Positions 21,290 through 31,902 of a DNA stretch of 64,000 bases are shown piece after piece. The stretch comes from Candidatus Moanibacter sp. (GTDB lineage: Bacteria > Verrucomicrobiota > Verrucomicrobiia > Opitutales > UBA2987). How positions within the stretch are numbered: position 1 is the stretch's first letter; every line of letters begins with the position of its first letter. The stretch covers positions 64,001-128,000 of the forward strand of contig CBDCEW010000100.1 of assembly GCA_965215885.1 (NCBI GenBank), read 5' to 3'. The notes below the pieces were generated by a model. It was given only the letters and a program-made list of their open reading frames with translations, ran no database searches and had not been told where the DNA came from. Made by a program: the position numbers and the translations under genes.

Positions 21290-22470
21290 ATGATCGTTAG
21301 CGACAATAACCCCACCCCGTCCATCGACCAATACAACGTCGTCTGGACGACCCAGAGCAAACACTTCGGGGAGTCCATACCTTGCGGCGGCGGCGATAAC
21401 GGCAAGGACTGTTTCGATTTCCAAGTCCGGCAACAAGCGCTCGAACCGGTGCGCGGGGACATGGTAAATCCGCTCGAAAACCTCGTCAGGGGCGGGGCGC
21501 TCGTCGGCGACGACTTCGCGCTTTCCGAAGAGACCGCCGGTGAATACGCGGGATGCCCCTTTCACGGTTGGAAGTACGCCAGCCGTTCCCCGGCTCGCTC
21601 GCACCGAATACGCGTCTGCCTGCACACGGACCAGGTGGAGCGCCATGATACCTGGGACGCAGCGCTGCAAGAGCTGATCGACCTCCCGCCGGAAGCGGAC
21701 CGCGACGCTTGGCGCGAGCAGCGGAAATCGTGGTCCGGTTTCTGGGACCGGAGCCATGTGGTCATTAACTCGGGCCGCGGCGAAGAAGACGTCGGTTGGA
21801 GGATCGGGCGCAATTACCAGCTCTTTCGCTACATGCTCGGTTGTAATCGGAACGGCCGCGAGCCCACCCTTTTCAACGGCGGACTCTTCACCTTTGATCC
21901 GCTCTACGTCAACGGGAAGAAGGGGCCGGGCTACACACCGGACCACCGTCAGTGGGGCGCGGCGTTTACCGCGCAGAACCAGCGGCTGTTGTACTGGCCG
22001 ATGCTGAAATCCGGCGATTTCGACCTCATGCCGCCGGGATTCTCGTTCTGCCCGATTTGGATATGATGAAACAGATCTCATTGGCTACCGGCAGCGACAG
22101 GTTTGAAACCGATTCCTGGCAACAGGCCAACATCCACGCGGCGCGGCTTGGCGACGCCGAAGTCGCGCGGGATCTTAACGCCCGAAAAATGGAAAACGGA
22201 CCCTACCGCTTTCCGGCGTTCTGGCCCGAGACCATCGACTGGGCTCCCGACCACAATTGGGGAGGCAGCGGCATGATCGGCATCCAGGAGATGCTGCTGC
22301 AGACGCATTTCGCGTCCGGCGAGCTCGGAAAAATACGACTCCTTCCGGCATGGCCGGCCGAGTGGGACGTGGACTTCAAACTCCACGCGCCGGGCCGGAC
22401 GACGGTTGAATGCAGATTCGAATCCGGCGAGATAGTGTGTTTGAAAGTGGAGCCTAAGGAGCGGCAATCC
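21290..22470 (+). pseudogene. DUF5703/GH95-like glycosidase, internally deleted and frameshifted
   Basis: YNVVWTTQS, FTAQNQRLLYWP, PDHNWGGSGMIGIQEML, LLPAWPAEWDVDFKLHAPG. Confidence 0.65.
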
Positions 22471-22479
22471 GACTTCGCC

Positions 22480-22710
22480 CATTGTTCCCCGGAATCGTTT
22501 TACGCGGCTGCGAAAGATTTGGCCGGCAGTGTGAAGGACGGGCCCCCTGATTTATCGACCGATCCCAAATACCTCGAGGGATTCGGACGGTGAGGGAACG
22601 GATTATCGCGGATACCGGAACGCTTGTCGCCTTTCTCAGCGAGCGGGACAACTATCACGAATGGGTGGTTAAGGAAGCGGGAAGCCTTGATTCGCCGTTC
22701 TTTTCGAATA
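22480..22710 (+). pseudogene. VapB C-terminus and VapC (PIN) N-terminus remnant
   Basis: GPPDLSTDPKYLEGFGR followed by overlapping IIADTGTLVAFLSERDNYH; truncated. Confidence 0.6.
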
Positions 22711-22730
22711 TGGTGGTTGCGGCAGGTGCC

Positions 22731-23477
22731 TCATTCATCCACCAGGAGTCGCAGACTTGCCAGACTGTCTACAATGTTGTCTCCGTCATCGAACTTGATG
22801 GCATATTTACCTTCGGTGGAGGTATTCGATACGGTTCCGGGATAGTATCTCCCGTCGGTCCAGCGAGCCAGAACCCGCGTACCGGCTCTCACTTGGCTTG
22901 CGGATGGAGGCCGGTCGGGCACGATCAAAGATGGCGCAAGGTCTGCTTGATCTCCATCATCGAAGTCGACATGGAAACCGATCGGCCTCTTCGCCGTTAC
23001 CTTGCCGTGATACCATGCATTGGGCTTCCACTGTGCCCAGACACTATCGCCAATTTTTGTATTCTCAAAAGCCCCCGGTGTCGCAGCGCGTAGCCGGATC
23101 TGTGCAACCGCGACTGTTCTCCTATCTCCGTCGTCAAACCATATTCGGAATTCCCCCTTTTCACTTACATTCGCGACCGTGCCGGGGTAGTATCTTCCGT
23201 CAGTCCACTGCGCCAGAACACGGATGCCGACTCGAACCAGCGCTGCCGATGAAACTTTGTCGACCACGATCAAAGATGGTGAGAGGACTGCTTGATCTCC
23301 ATCGTCGAAAGCTACGCGGAAACCGGGGGGGTTCTTCTCGGTTACCTTTCCGTGATACCATGCATTCGGTTTCCACTGCGCCCAAACGACGTCCCCGACT
23401 TGAGGGGGCTGTCCAAGACCTAATGTAGAGGCGGCAATGAAACAGGCTGTGATGAGAGCAGGGATTCTTTTTATCAT
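22731..23477 (-). CDS. Secreted protein with four Tudor/Agenet-like repeats
   Basis: Signal-peptide-like N-terminus; alternating repeats VWAQWKPNAWYHGKV..FDDGD and VLAxWTDGRYYPGTV..FDDGD. Confidence 0.75.
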   Translation of the reverse strand: MIKRIPALITACFIAASTLGLGQPPQVGDVVWAQWKPNAWYHGKVTEKNPPGFRVAFDDGDQAVLSPSLIVVDKVSSAALVRVGIRVLAQWTDGRYYPGTVANVSEKGEFRIWFDDGDRRTVAVAQIRLRAATPGAFENTKIGDSVWAQWKPNAWYHGKVTAKRPIGFHVDFDDGDQADLAPSLIVPDRPPSASQVRAGTRVLARWTDGRYYPGTVSNTSTEGKYAIKFDDGDNIVDSLASLRLLVDE

Positions 23478-23680
23478 GTATTTTTCTTCTTTCCGTAAAC
23501 AATTGCTTTGATGAAAAAGTGGTCGTTTGGTAATCCTCGACCACCCTGTCGTACGGCAAGGCGGCTTTTTTCTGTTCAAAGATGCATGTCAAGGCTGCAT
23601 CGTGGTTTATCGGACGGATTTTGTCCACTGCCATGAAGCTACGCAGGTACCTGCCGTACAGCGGAGTGATACTTTGACTC

Positions 23681-23722
23681 AACCCACCCCTGTCCCCTCC
23701 CAGGAAGGGACAGGGGTGGGTT
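23681..23722. repeat. REP-like palindrome
   Basis: AACCCACCCCTGTCCC ... GGGACAGGGGTGGGTT perfect 16-bp stem. Confidence 0.7.
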
Positions 23723-23850
23723 TGTTCCAAGACGGCTTCTACCATCAGAAAACGTCAACTCATCGCCCGAAAACCGGCATGTGCACTAAAATTTCAATTC
23801 CGTTTGGCGAATTGCTTGAACGATTTGTCCCGAATCGCACCATGTTCACC

Positions 23851-24711
23851 ATGCAAACCGTGGAAATCAGTCTTTCGGAGAGAGAAAGCGGGGAGATGAG
23901 AGAGGCGACCCTGAATGCTGCCGTCGAAGCCATTATTCGGGACGGAGTGGTGCTGCTTCCGCAAATGATTGATGTCGGCCATGTCGATGCCCTTGGAGAG
24001 AAGATGCAGGCCGACATCCGCCGGCTGAGTGGGGCGGAGCGTTTTCAAGGGAGCTGGTCCGGCATCCGTCCCCCGCCATTCGCCCCGTATTTGTTCAAAG
24101 ACATTGTCTATAATGAAATGGCGATCGCAGTGACACACCGTATTATGGGCGACGGAGTAGCTCTCGATTCCTATGGTGCCAATACTGCGTTTAAGGGAGA
24201 CCAGGCGCAGTCCATCCATTCCGACACCCATCAGCTATGGCCACATCTGGAAGTGACTCCACCACCTCACTGCATTGTTGTAAATGTCTGCCTTTCCGAT
24301 GTCGACGAGACCAACGGTGGAACGAAAATCTGGCCGGGAACGCATACCGATAATCGGATCGTGGCCGATAACCGAAGGCCTACTGCCGATATGGTTGCCG
24401 AATGGGAAGAGAGGCGGCCACCTGAACAGGTACACAGCAAAAAGGGAGATCTTATACTGCGTGATATGCGAGTGTGGCATTGTGGGATGCCCAACACGAC
24501 CGATACCCCGAGAGTGATGTTGGCCATGATTCATCGACCTCAGTGGGCGATAAAATGGGGTTTTGAGGCGGAGAAAGGATCGGAGGGATTCTTCGACCAT
24601 CCGATTTTGGACCATACGGCGGTCTTCCTCGAGCGACCCATCGACTATCTTCATCAGGGACACAGTCAACCGAGGCTCACCCCTGCTACGGTATCCGCTG
24701 CTCGCACCTGA
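23851..24711 (+). CDS. PhyH family dioxygenase, canonical HxD
   Basis: QSIHSD, NGGTKIWPGTH, RVWHCGMPN..PR. Confidence 0.87.
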   Translation: MQTVEISLSERESGEMREATLNAAVEAIIRDGVVLLPQMIDVGHVDALGEKMQADIRRLSGAERFQGSWSGIRPPPFAPYLFKDIVYNEMAIAVTHRIMGDGVALDSYGANTAFKGDQAQSIHSDTHQLWPHLEVTPPPHCIVVNVCLSDVDETNGGTKIWPGTHTDNRIVADNRRPTADMVAEWEERRPPEQVHSKKGDLILRDMRVWHCGMPNTTDTPRVMLAMIHRPQWAIKWGFEAEKGSEGFFDHPILDHTAVFLERPIDYLHQGHSQPRLTPATVSAART

Positions 24712-25100
24712 AGTTTCAGTTGGGCCTTCGCCCGCCGCCAAAAGGCAAAGAGCGGATTCTCGTCCTCGTTCTCCTTCTCGGAGCGGAGCAATCTTTATCG
24801 AACGATCTATTCGAGAGACTACTCGTAACACTCTCCGATTCATGTTGATCGAGCGCCTGTTTTGTCTTTCGGCCTGCTTCGAGGACGAGGACGAGGACGA
24901 AGACGATATTAAATCCGCGAACTGGGAAGCCCGGCGATGCCGAGGTCTGCCCCCGAACCCTCACACTCGCCACCCGTCTCTCGAATCCTTCCACCTCCTC
25001 TTCCTCCTTTGTGTTTGTGCCTCGGTTTCGAACCTCCCATATTTCCCGTTGATGGGCAACACGCCCTCAGTAAAGTAATCAACAACTCACAGGATACACC

Positions 25101-26135
25101 ATGCCGCTTGAACTTATCGCCGATCGTCCCGGCCACGCCATCCTCAGCGAATATGAAGAGCTCGCGCTCGAACCGTATCAGGTTCGGATCAAGAGCCTCT
25201 TCAGCTCGGTAAAGCACGGGACCGAACTCCGCGGCTTCCGCGCCGATACTCCCGACGCCTCCGACCGCTGGGATGGCGAGTTAACGCTCCACCGCCGCGG
25301 TGAATCGGCGGGTGATGCACTCCTCCGCAAACTCGGCAACATGTGCCTGGGTGTTGTCACCGAAGTGGGCGGCGAAGTCGAGACATTGAGAGTCGATGAT
25401 CGCGTCTTTGGCCACATGCCCATCCGAGAGACACATACCAAAGCCGCCTCGAGCGTCAAGAAAGCCCCGGAGGGAGTCTCGGCCCAGGCTCTGATGTACT
25501 GGGATCCCGCCGACTTCGCCGTAGGTGCGGTCCGCGACGGTCCGGTGCGCTTAGGCGACCGCGTGGCGGTATTCGGTCTCGGTGCCATTGGCCTGATGGT
25601 CGCGCAGGCGGCCCGTATCTGCGGTGCGAAGTGGGTTGCGATTGTGGATCCAATTGAGCGCCGACGCGACGCTGCGTTGCGCCACGGCGCCGATTTAGCC
25701 CTCGATCCGACGGAGGTGGACGCCGGACTGGAGATCAAGCAGATTACTGATAAATTCGGCGCCGACATCGTCTTCGAAACGAGCGGATCTTACCGCGCCT
25801 TCGAAGACGCCATGCGCTCGACCTGCTACTCTGGAACCCTCGTCTCAACTGCTTATTATCATGGCGACCAGGGTTTGCGCCTGGCCGGCGAGTGGCATCG
25901 CAATCGCATCAATGTCGTTTCCAGCCGCGCCTGCAGCCAACCGCTGCCACAGCCGAGTTGGGATTTCAGACGCATCCAGGAAGAGTCTCTGGCGCTCCTC
26001 GTCGAAGGCCGACTCGAAGTCGACGATCTCGTCGATCCCATCGTGCCCTTCGCCCGGGCGGCTGACGCCTACCACGAGATCAACGAACACCCCGAGCACT
26101 CGATCAAGCTCGGGATCGACCACGAGTTGGAGTAA
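25101..26135 (+). CDS. Zinc-binding (MDR) dehydrogenase
   Basis: HGTE, VFGLGAIG, ADIVFETSG. Confidence 0.87.
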   Translation: MPLELIADRPGHAILSEYEELALEPYQVRIKSLFSSVKHGTELRGFRADTPDASDRWDGELTLHRRGESAGDALLRKLGNMCLGVVTEVGGEVETLRVDDRVFGHMPIRETHTKAASSVKKAPEGVSAQALMYWDPADFAVGAVRDGPVRLGDRVAVFGLGAIGLMVAQAARICGAKWVAIVDPIERRRDAALRHGADLALDPTEVDAGLEIKQITDKFGADIVFETSGSYRAFEDAMRSTCYSGTLVSTAYYHGDQGLRLAGEWHRNRINVVSSRACSQPLPQPSWDFRRIQEESLALLVEGRLEVDDLVDPIVPFARAADAYHEINEHPEHSIKLGIDHELE

Positions 26136-26197
26136 CCCGCTTGTTTTTTAAGGTTGCTCCGACTGAAGTTTGTGAGATAAGCGTGTTAGGACTGGGA

Positions 26198-27016
26198 ATG
26201 AAAATTGGAATTCATGCTTTTGGAGCGGATGCGCTAACGGCCGATGGGGTAAATCGCGCCCGCGCCGTTGGTGCCGAAGGAATCTGTCTGGGCGTGTTCG
26301 CGGTGGCCGGCTTCCAGGAAGAAGGTGTCGCGAAAGCGGAGGCACTCTCAGACGCGGTGTCCCGCTACGGTGACGCCGGAATCGAGGTGCCGGTTGGCCA
26401 TATCGGCCCGGTGCCCCACGAACTGATGTTGGGCGATCCAGCCTACGAAGACGACTATGGCAAGATCCGATCCAATCTCGAGCGTATGGCGGAAGTGGGA
26501 ATCAAGGCCCTGATACTCTATGTGACTCCTGAGCGGCCGGCTGATGCCGATGACGAGCAGCGGGCGCTGGATGGGTTCATTGCTTTTGCTCGCCGGCTCG
26601 GCGCCGATGCCGATTCGATTGGTGTGGGTATCGCCTGTCACCCGTGGGTGAGCCGACCGGAGCTGTTTCATGGCTACCGGCGTCTGGAGGAGGTGTGCCG
26701 GCAAGTGCCCGATCACGCCTTTGGTATTACTTTCTGTCCGGGTGGTGCTCTCGCGGGAGACGACATGGTTGAAGTGCGCGAGCAGTTCCAGGGCCGGATC
26801 CATTTTGCTCACCTCCGCGACCAGATCGGACTCTCGGATGACTTTGAAGAGGTGTTTCCCGGGACCGGTGATGTCGGTGTGGCGGACCTGGTTCGAGGGC
26901 TGCGCGACTCCGGCTACGAAGGCCTCATCTGTCCGGAGCACCTGGGACCCAAGGAAGAGGGCAGGGACCTGGAAGCGGAGGCCCTGCAGTATTTGAGAGA
27001 GGTGAGAGGGGACTAA
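26198..27016 (+). CDS. Sugar phosphate isomerase/epimerase (TIM barrel, UxuA/IolE-like)
   Basis: IACHP, IHFAHLRD, PGTGDV, GYEGLICPEH. Confidence 0.8.
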   Translation: MKIGIHAFGADALTADGVNRARAVGAEGICLGVFAVAGFQEEGVAKAEALSDAVSRYGDAGIEVPVGHIGPVPHELMLGDPAYEDDYGKIRSNLERMAEVGIKALILYVTPERPADADDEQRALDGFIAFARRLGADADSIGVGIACHPWVSRPELFHGYRRLEEVCRQVPDHAFGITFCPGGALAGDDMVEVREQFQGRIHFAHLRDQIGLSDDFEEVFPGTGDVGVADLVRGLRDSGYEGLICPEHLGPKEEGRDLEAEALQYLREVRGD

Positions 27017-27233
27017 GGTAACGGCCTCTTTCTCGATATTGGATCTTCTTCATCTATTTCTTTTCACCCAACACCTCTGGGATCCGGAAGAGTTCGATTT
27101 GCCGTGGCAGAGCGAACCGGGTTTTGAAATCTTGAGACGAAGCTTCGACGTCAGAATTCGTCCGGCGGAACTTGCTGAGGCCGACGATTGGCAGTCGCGG
27201 CCATTCGCAGGACTTTAAGAGAATAAATCAAGA

Positions 27234-28058
27234 ATGGTAGCTGATCTCGATATCTATCTCTTCGATCTTCGTGGGTATCTGGTAATCGAAAACGCGCTTG
27301 ACACCGAGCATCTTCGGGAAGCGAACTCAATTCTTGACGAGTTGCGCGGATTGAAGCCCGGTGAGTGGTCCGGGTTTGTCCATGGACACGTATTTTCGAC
27401 CGAAAAAGAGGGGCTGAATCTGCAACAGATTTACGAAGCCGGCGAGCCGTTCGAACGTCTGATCGATCATCCGGCCTGGATCGAGCATGTGAAGACTTTC
27501 GTCGGAGGGGAGGGCACCTTTGATTGTCACCATGGTCCTCTTTTTATTGACGAGAATTTTGCCAGTATCCGCGGTCCGGGCGAGGCGATCTTTCTGCACT
27601 CGGGCCCGGTCCCCTGGATCAAAAGGTGCCAGTTTCACGTCCGAAATCAGCAATTCAACTGTGGGCAGATCAATGTGCTGGTGGCGCTGAGTGATATCGG
27701 GTCCGGCGACGGGGCGACGATGGTGGTGCCCGGGAGTCACAAATCAAACTTCCGGCATCCTGAGATTGACAAGATCAGGGCGACTTCGCGAATCGCATCC
27801 GTGGACCTCATACCGGCCGGCGTTGAAGTGCACCTGAAAGCGGGGGACGCGCTTCTCTTCGTCGATGCCATAAGCCACGGTTCGGTGGAACGGGTAAACG
27901 AGGGCGAGCGCAGAAACGTGGTCTACCGTTACGGGCCTTCATGGGGCTTCTTTCGCCACGGATATCGCCCGTCCAAAGAACTGCTCGAGAGGCTGACGGA
28001 GGAACGGCGCAAAATCGTGTGGCCGCATGAACGGATCGCCGGTGCGCCGGGCGCTTGA
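27234..28058 (+). CDS. PhyH-like Fe(II)/2OG oxygenase, non-canonical HSG
   Basis: FDLRGYLV, LHSG, GATMVVPGSHK, ISHGS, ERR. Confidence 0.85.
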   Translation: MVADLDIYLFDLRGYLVIENALDTEHLREANSILDELRGLKPGEWSGFVHGHVFSTEKEGLNLQQIYEAGEPFERLIDHPAWIEHVKTFVGGEGTFDCHHGPLFIDENFASIRGPGEAIFLHSGPVPWIKRCQFHVRNQQFNCGQINVLVALSDIGSGDGATMVVPGSHKSNFRHPEIDKIRATSRIASVDLIPAGVEVHLKAGDALLFVDAISHGSVERVNEGERRNVVYRYGPSWGFFRHGYRPSKELLERLTEERRKIVWPHERIAGAPGA

Positions 28059-28075
28059 GGCCGCAAGAGTGCTTA

Positions 28076-29152
28076 TCAGCCCAAATCCAGATTAAAATCG
28101 GCGGGGTCGAGCTCGCTGTCCTCAGCCAGTCCCCGCAGACTGATCAGGACATCCTCGGGCATAAAGATGCCCTCTGTGAGGGCTTTTCCCCGCTTGTTCC
28201 ACTCCATCTCTCCAGGTAGAAAGATCGTTCCGCCTTTGGCTGGGGAGGCGCTCTTTATCTCTTTGCACATGGCGGCAATCCGGGCGTGGAAATCTTCCAG
28301 AGGCATCATGGCGCCGACGTTGATGGCCAGAAAGGCGTGCCCTTGACTCGAGGGCTTGTCAGTGTCCGCCACCCAGCTCTGCACTCCGCTCATCATCGCT
28401 GCACCTGAAAGGGTCGCCGTCAGAATCTCCACCAGCACGGCCAACCCGTAACCCTTGTGTCCAGCCATGGGCAGCTGCGCCCCCTTCTCTGGAAACTCGG
28501 TGGGATCGGTTGTGGGTATACCCTCTTCATCCGTAAGCCAAGTGTTCGGTATGCTGCGACCTTCGTTCTTGGCCGCCAGTATCTTGGTGGCCGCAACGGT
28601 GCTGGTGGCGATGTCCAGCATGATCGTGCGGTCCGTGCCGGTCGGTGCGGCGTAAGCGATCGGATTGGTCCCGAGTATCTTGCTCTTCGCCCCCGGTACT
28701 GTCATGCAAGGCTCCACGTTGCACATGGAAATACCGATCATGCCGTTCTCAGCAATCAGGTTGGCGTAAAAACCGGCAGCGCCGAAATGACTGCTGCCTC
28801 GGATGCCGATGTAGCAGATACCGCCTTCCCGGGCCTTTTTTACGGCCAAACTGGCGGCGCGGTAGGAGATGGATGGAGGCATGCCGTCGCAGGCGTCAAT
28901 AATGGCCCAAGAAGGTCCTTCGTTGACGATTTTCTCCTTAGACGCGGCGACCAGACGACCGCGCCGCGCATTTTTCATCAAGCCACGGATCTGCCGAGTG
29001 CCGTGCGTAAAGGTGCCCCAGGTATCGGTGGTGACGAAGACGCGGGCACTCAGTTCGGCATCCTCTCTGTTGAGGCCGGCTTTGACCATGGCGGCGATAC
29101 AAAAGGCCTTCAGGTCATCGGGTCGGATGCTTCTGTCGGGAGAATCAGTCAT
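28076..29152 (-). CDS. Ldh_2 family oxidoreductase (malate/L-lactate/ureidoglycolate dehydrogenase-like)
   Basis: THG, SSHFGAAG, GTNPIAYA, LDIATS, GHKGYGL, LPGE. Confidence 0.9.
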   Translation of the reverse strand: MTDSPDRSIRPDDLKAFCIAAMVKAGLNREDAELSARVFVTTDTWGTFTHGTRQIRGLMKNARRGRLVAASKEKIVNEGPSWAIIDACDGMPPSISYRAASLAVKKAREGGICYIGIRGSSHFGAAGFYANLIAENGMIGISMCNVEPCMTVPGAKSKILGTNPIAYAAPTGTDRTIMLDIATSTVAATKILAAKNEGRSIPNTWLTDEEGIPTTDPTEFPEKGAQLPMAGHKGYGLAVLVEILTATLSGAAMMSGVQSWVADTDKPSSQGHAFLAINVGAMMPLEDFHARIAAMCKEIKSASPAKGGTIFLPGEMEWNKRGKALTEGIFMPEDVLISLRGLAEDSELDPADFNLDLG

Positions 29153-29429
29153 GCATGGGGCCAATTTGGGCAAATCCTTCAGCGGTCCGTTATGCTGTCC
29201 CGGAGCCAGCCCAGGCCACTGGTTCCACTTTTCGATATTTCTCGACCACCACTGAATCCTACGTTCTCAACCGTCTGGTAATGCTATCCTGATGATTGCA
29301 GATAAGACAACAAAATAGCGAAAACACAACTGATAATCGCCACCAGTATCAACCAACCATACCAAGGAGTCGAATTGAGTGGATCCAACTCCATCATCGC
29401 GCGGTGCGTGTATCGAATCAAGATCGTTG

Positions 29430-29611
29430 CTAGCCCGCAAATTTCACAAGCCATCTGCTCCAACTGCGGATGTCACAGCGCCTCAAGGACTTACCTCGTC
29501 CGCCGACTTCCACGTGTTCCAAGACGCCGTCACCCGCCGGACTTTGGTAAGCCCCTGATCCGCGGCAACCTCCGCAGTCTCGCTTCGAAGTGTGTGAAAT
29601 ATGCGGGCTAG
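29430..29611. mobile_element. MITE family A, copy 2 (182 bp)
   Basis: Terminal IR CTAGCCCGCAAATTTCACA / TGTGAAATATGCGGGCTAG; homologous to 9592-9773. Confidence 0.8.
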
Positions 29612-30124
29612 CGTCTTGCTTCATCGTTAAACGGCTCAAATAGCGCTGGATGAAACGGAATCTGATCGGAATGGTGTTTCAAGACTATCCTTTCCGCTCT
29701 CGGCTTCTTCCCGCCGGAGAGGAATCTCCTGTTTACCTCTGGGAGAGAGTTCATACACGCAACGTGATACCCTGTTGAACCAGCCGTATACGTCTCTATA
29801 CAAGATATCCCTGGCCTTTGGCTCTCCTTGTTGGCAGATCCGCTAATTTGAGAGTTTCGCACTTGCCAATCGGTTCAAACTGATACCCGATTCCGCAGCT
29901 TCCAGAGCGAGCTTTCGATGTACATCAGGAGGCACTCGAATGAGAAACCCTCCACTGTAACGCCTGCCCGTTAATACGACACAAGTCCGAGAATCGCACA
30001 TTCTTCGGATTTCTCAAAATCTTGGCGACGATCGCTTTCGATTTCGCCAAAATTATACGATACCACTATTGATATCATAGTCAGGTGCAATTTTTCTGCC
30101 ACCGATCAGGTCAGGAGTTGATTC

Positions 30125-30254
30125 TGATTCCGTTGAAAAACCCCCACGTTCTTGCGAACGCAGCTACAAGATCTCGTAAGTCGTTGATATTTGTAGCCGC
30201 GTTCGCAAGAACGTGGTCGAGGATTACGAAACAAGGACTTCTTCAGCAGAATCA
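30125..30254. mobile_element. MITE family B with internal long hairpin
   Basis: Ends TGATTCCGTTGAAAAA / TTCTTCAGCAGAATCA; inner IR CCACGTTCTTGCGAACGCAGCTACAA / TTGTAGCCGCGTTCGCAAGAACGTGG. Confidence 0.75.
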
Positions 30255-30459
30255 ATTCTTGATCAAACCTCTTGAAGCACTTTTGATCTCGATTCCATGC
30301 CAAGATCGCTTCGTTTTGAATATGCCGGTGCGGCACTCGATGATGTTGGAACAGATGTGGTTCTTGGCATGGCTCTAGATCTCGCCCTCTCCGTGGTCCC
30401 GCTGAGCGGACTACTTGGCCGTATTATCGTAAGACTTCCGACCTCCAATACATGCTGAG

Positions 30460-31902
30460 GTGAGCATATCCTTCGACAATACCTACGCCCGATTGCCGGA
30501 ACGGTTCTTTGCCAAACAAGAACCCGCTCAAGTTCCAAGCCCGCAGCTCATCCGGCTGAATCGTGAACTCGCCAAGCAACTCGCGATCGACCCCACTTGG
30601 CTGCAGTCCGCCGAGGGCATCGCCACGCTGGCCGGCAACACCGTTCCCGAAGGTGCGGAACCGCTCGCCCAAGCATATGCCGGGCACCAGTTCGGCGGTT
30701 TCGTGCCCAGGCTTGGCGATGGCCGCGCCATCCTGCTCGGCGAGGTCATCGATGCCGACGGCGCACGCCGCGACCTGCAACTGAAAGGCTCCGGCCACAC
30801 GCCGTTCTCACGGGGCGGCGACGGCAAAACCGCGCTCGGCCCGGTGCTCCGCGAGTACCTCGTCAGCGAAGCCATGGCTGCGCTCGGAATCCCAACTACC
30901 CGCGCACTTGCCGCCGTTACTACCGGCGAAACTGTTCGGCGCGAAACACTACTGGCGGGTGCCGTATTCACCCGCGTCGCCGCCAGCCACATCCGGGTCG
31001 GCACTTTCCAATACTTCTCTGCACGGGAAGATATCGAAGCCCTGCGTCTACTCGCGGATCACGCAATCGACCGCCATCACAGGGATGCCGCCGGCGCGTC
31101 CACTCCTTGTTTAGCACTGTTGGAGTCTGTCATTGCCGCACAGTCCAAACTCATCGCCCAATGGATGTCGGTCGGTTTTATACACGGCGTGATGAATACC
31201 GATAACGTCGCCATTTCCGGCGAGACCATCGATTTCGGCCCGTGCGCATTCATGGAAGCCTTTCACCCGGGATGCGTGTTCAGCTCCATCGACCACAGCG
31301 CCCGCTATGCCTGGGGCAACCAACCCGCCATCGCCCAGTGGAATCTGATTCGTTTTGCCGAGACTCTCCTGCCACTGATCGATGACGACGCGAGCAAAGC
31401 AACCGAACTCGCCGAGACCGCCCTCGTCGGCTTCTTCGGCCAGTTCCAAAAACACTATCTCCAAGCTTTTCGCCTAAAACTCTGCCTGCCCGACGACGGG
31501 GCGGCGTTGATCAAGGAAACCCTCGAAGTAATCGAAAGTCAGAAGGTGGACTTCACCTTGTTCTTCCGCCACCTCACTCGCGTCGCCGCAGGAGAAAGTC
31601 CCGACACCCTCGCAGCGCTGTTCGCCGATCGCGCCACCTTCGAGACTTGGCTTACGAGCTGGCGGGCGCTTGCTGACCCCGAGAAAAATCTCGCCGAGAT
31701 GCGCGCCGCCAACCCGATCCTCATTCCGCGCAACCACCGCGTCGAGCAAGCCATCCAGAGCGCCTACGCCGGCGACTTCGCCCCATTTCACCGGCTCGCT
31801 GATGCCCTGACGGAGCCCTACACTGAGCAGGACCAACATGCAGATCTGGAAGCGCCGCCCCGGCCAGAGGAAGTTGTCCACGAAACTTTCTGCGGCACCT
31901 AA
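30460..31902 (+). CDS. selO: Protein adenylyltransferase SelO (YdiU)
   Basis: YAGHQFG, LGDGRA, LQLKGSG.TPFSRGGDG, GFIHGVMNTDN, IDFGP, TFCGT. Confidence 0.95.
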   Translation: MSISFDNTYARLPERFFAKQEPAQVPSPQLIRLNRELAKQLAIDPTWLQSAEGIATLAGNTVPEGAEPLAQAYAGHQFGGFVPRLGDGRAILLGEVIDADGARRDLQLKGSGHTPFSRGGDGKTALGPVLREYLVSEAMAALGIPTTRALAAVTTGETVRRETLLAGAVFTRVAASHIRVGTFQYFSAREDIEALRLLADHAIDRHHRDAAGASTPCLALLESVIAAQSKLIAQWMSVGFIHGVMNTDNVAISGETIDFGPCAFMEAFHPGCVFSSIDHSARYAWGNQPAIAQWNLIRFAETLLPLIDDDASKATELAETALVGFFGQFQKHYLQAFRLKLCLPDDGAALIKETLEVIESQKVDFTLFFRHLTRVAAGESPDTLAALFADRATFETWLTSWRALADPEKNLAEMRAANPILIPRNHRVEQAIQSAYAGDFAPFHRLADALTEPYTEQDQHADLEAPPRPEEVVHETFCGT

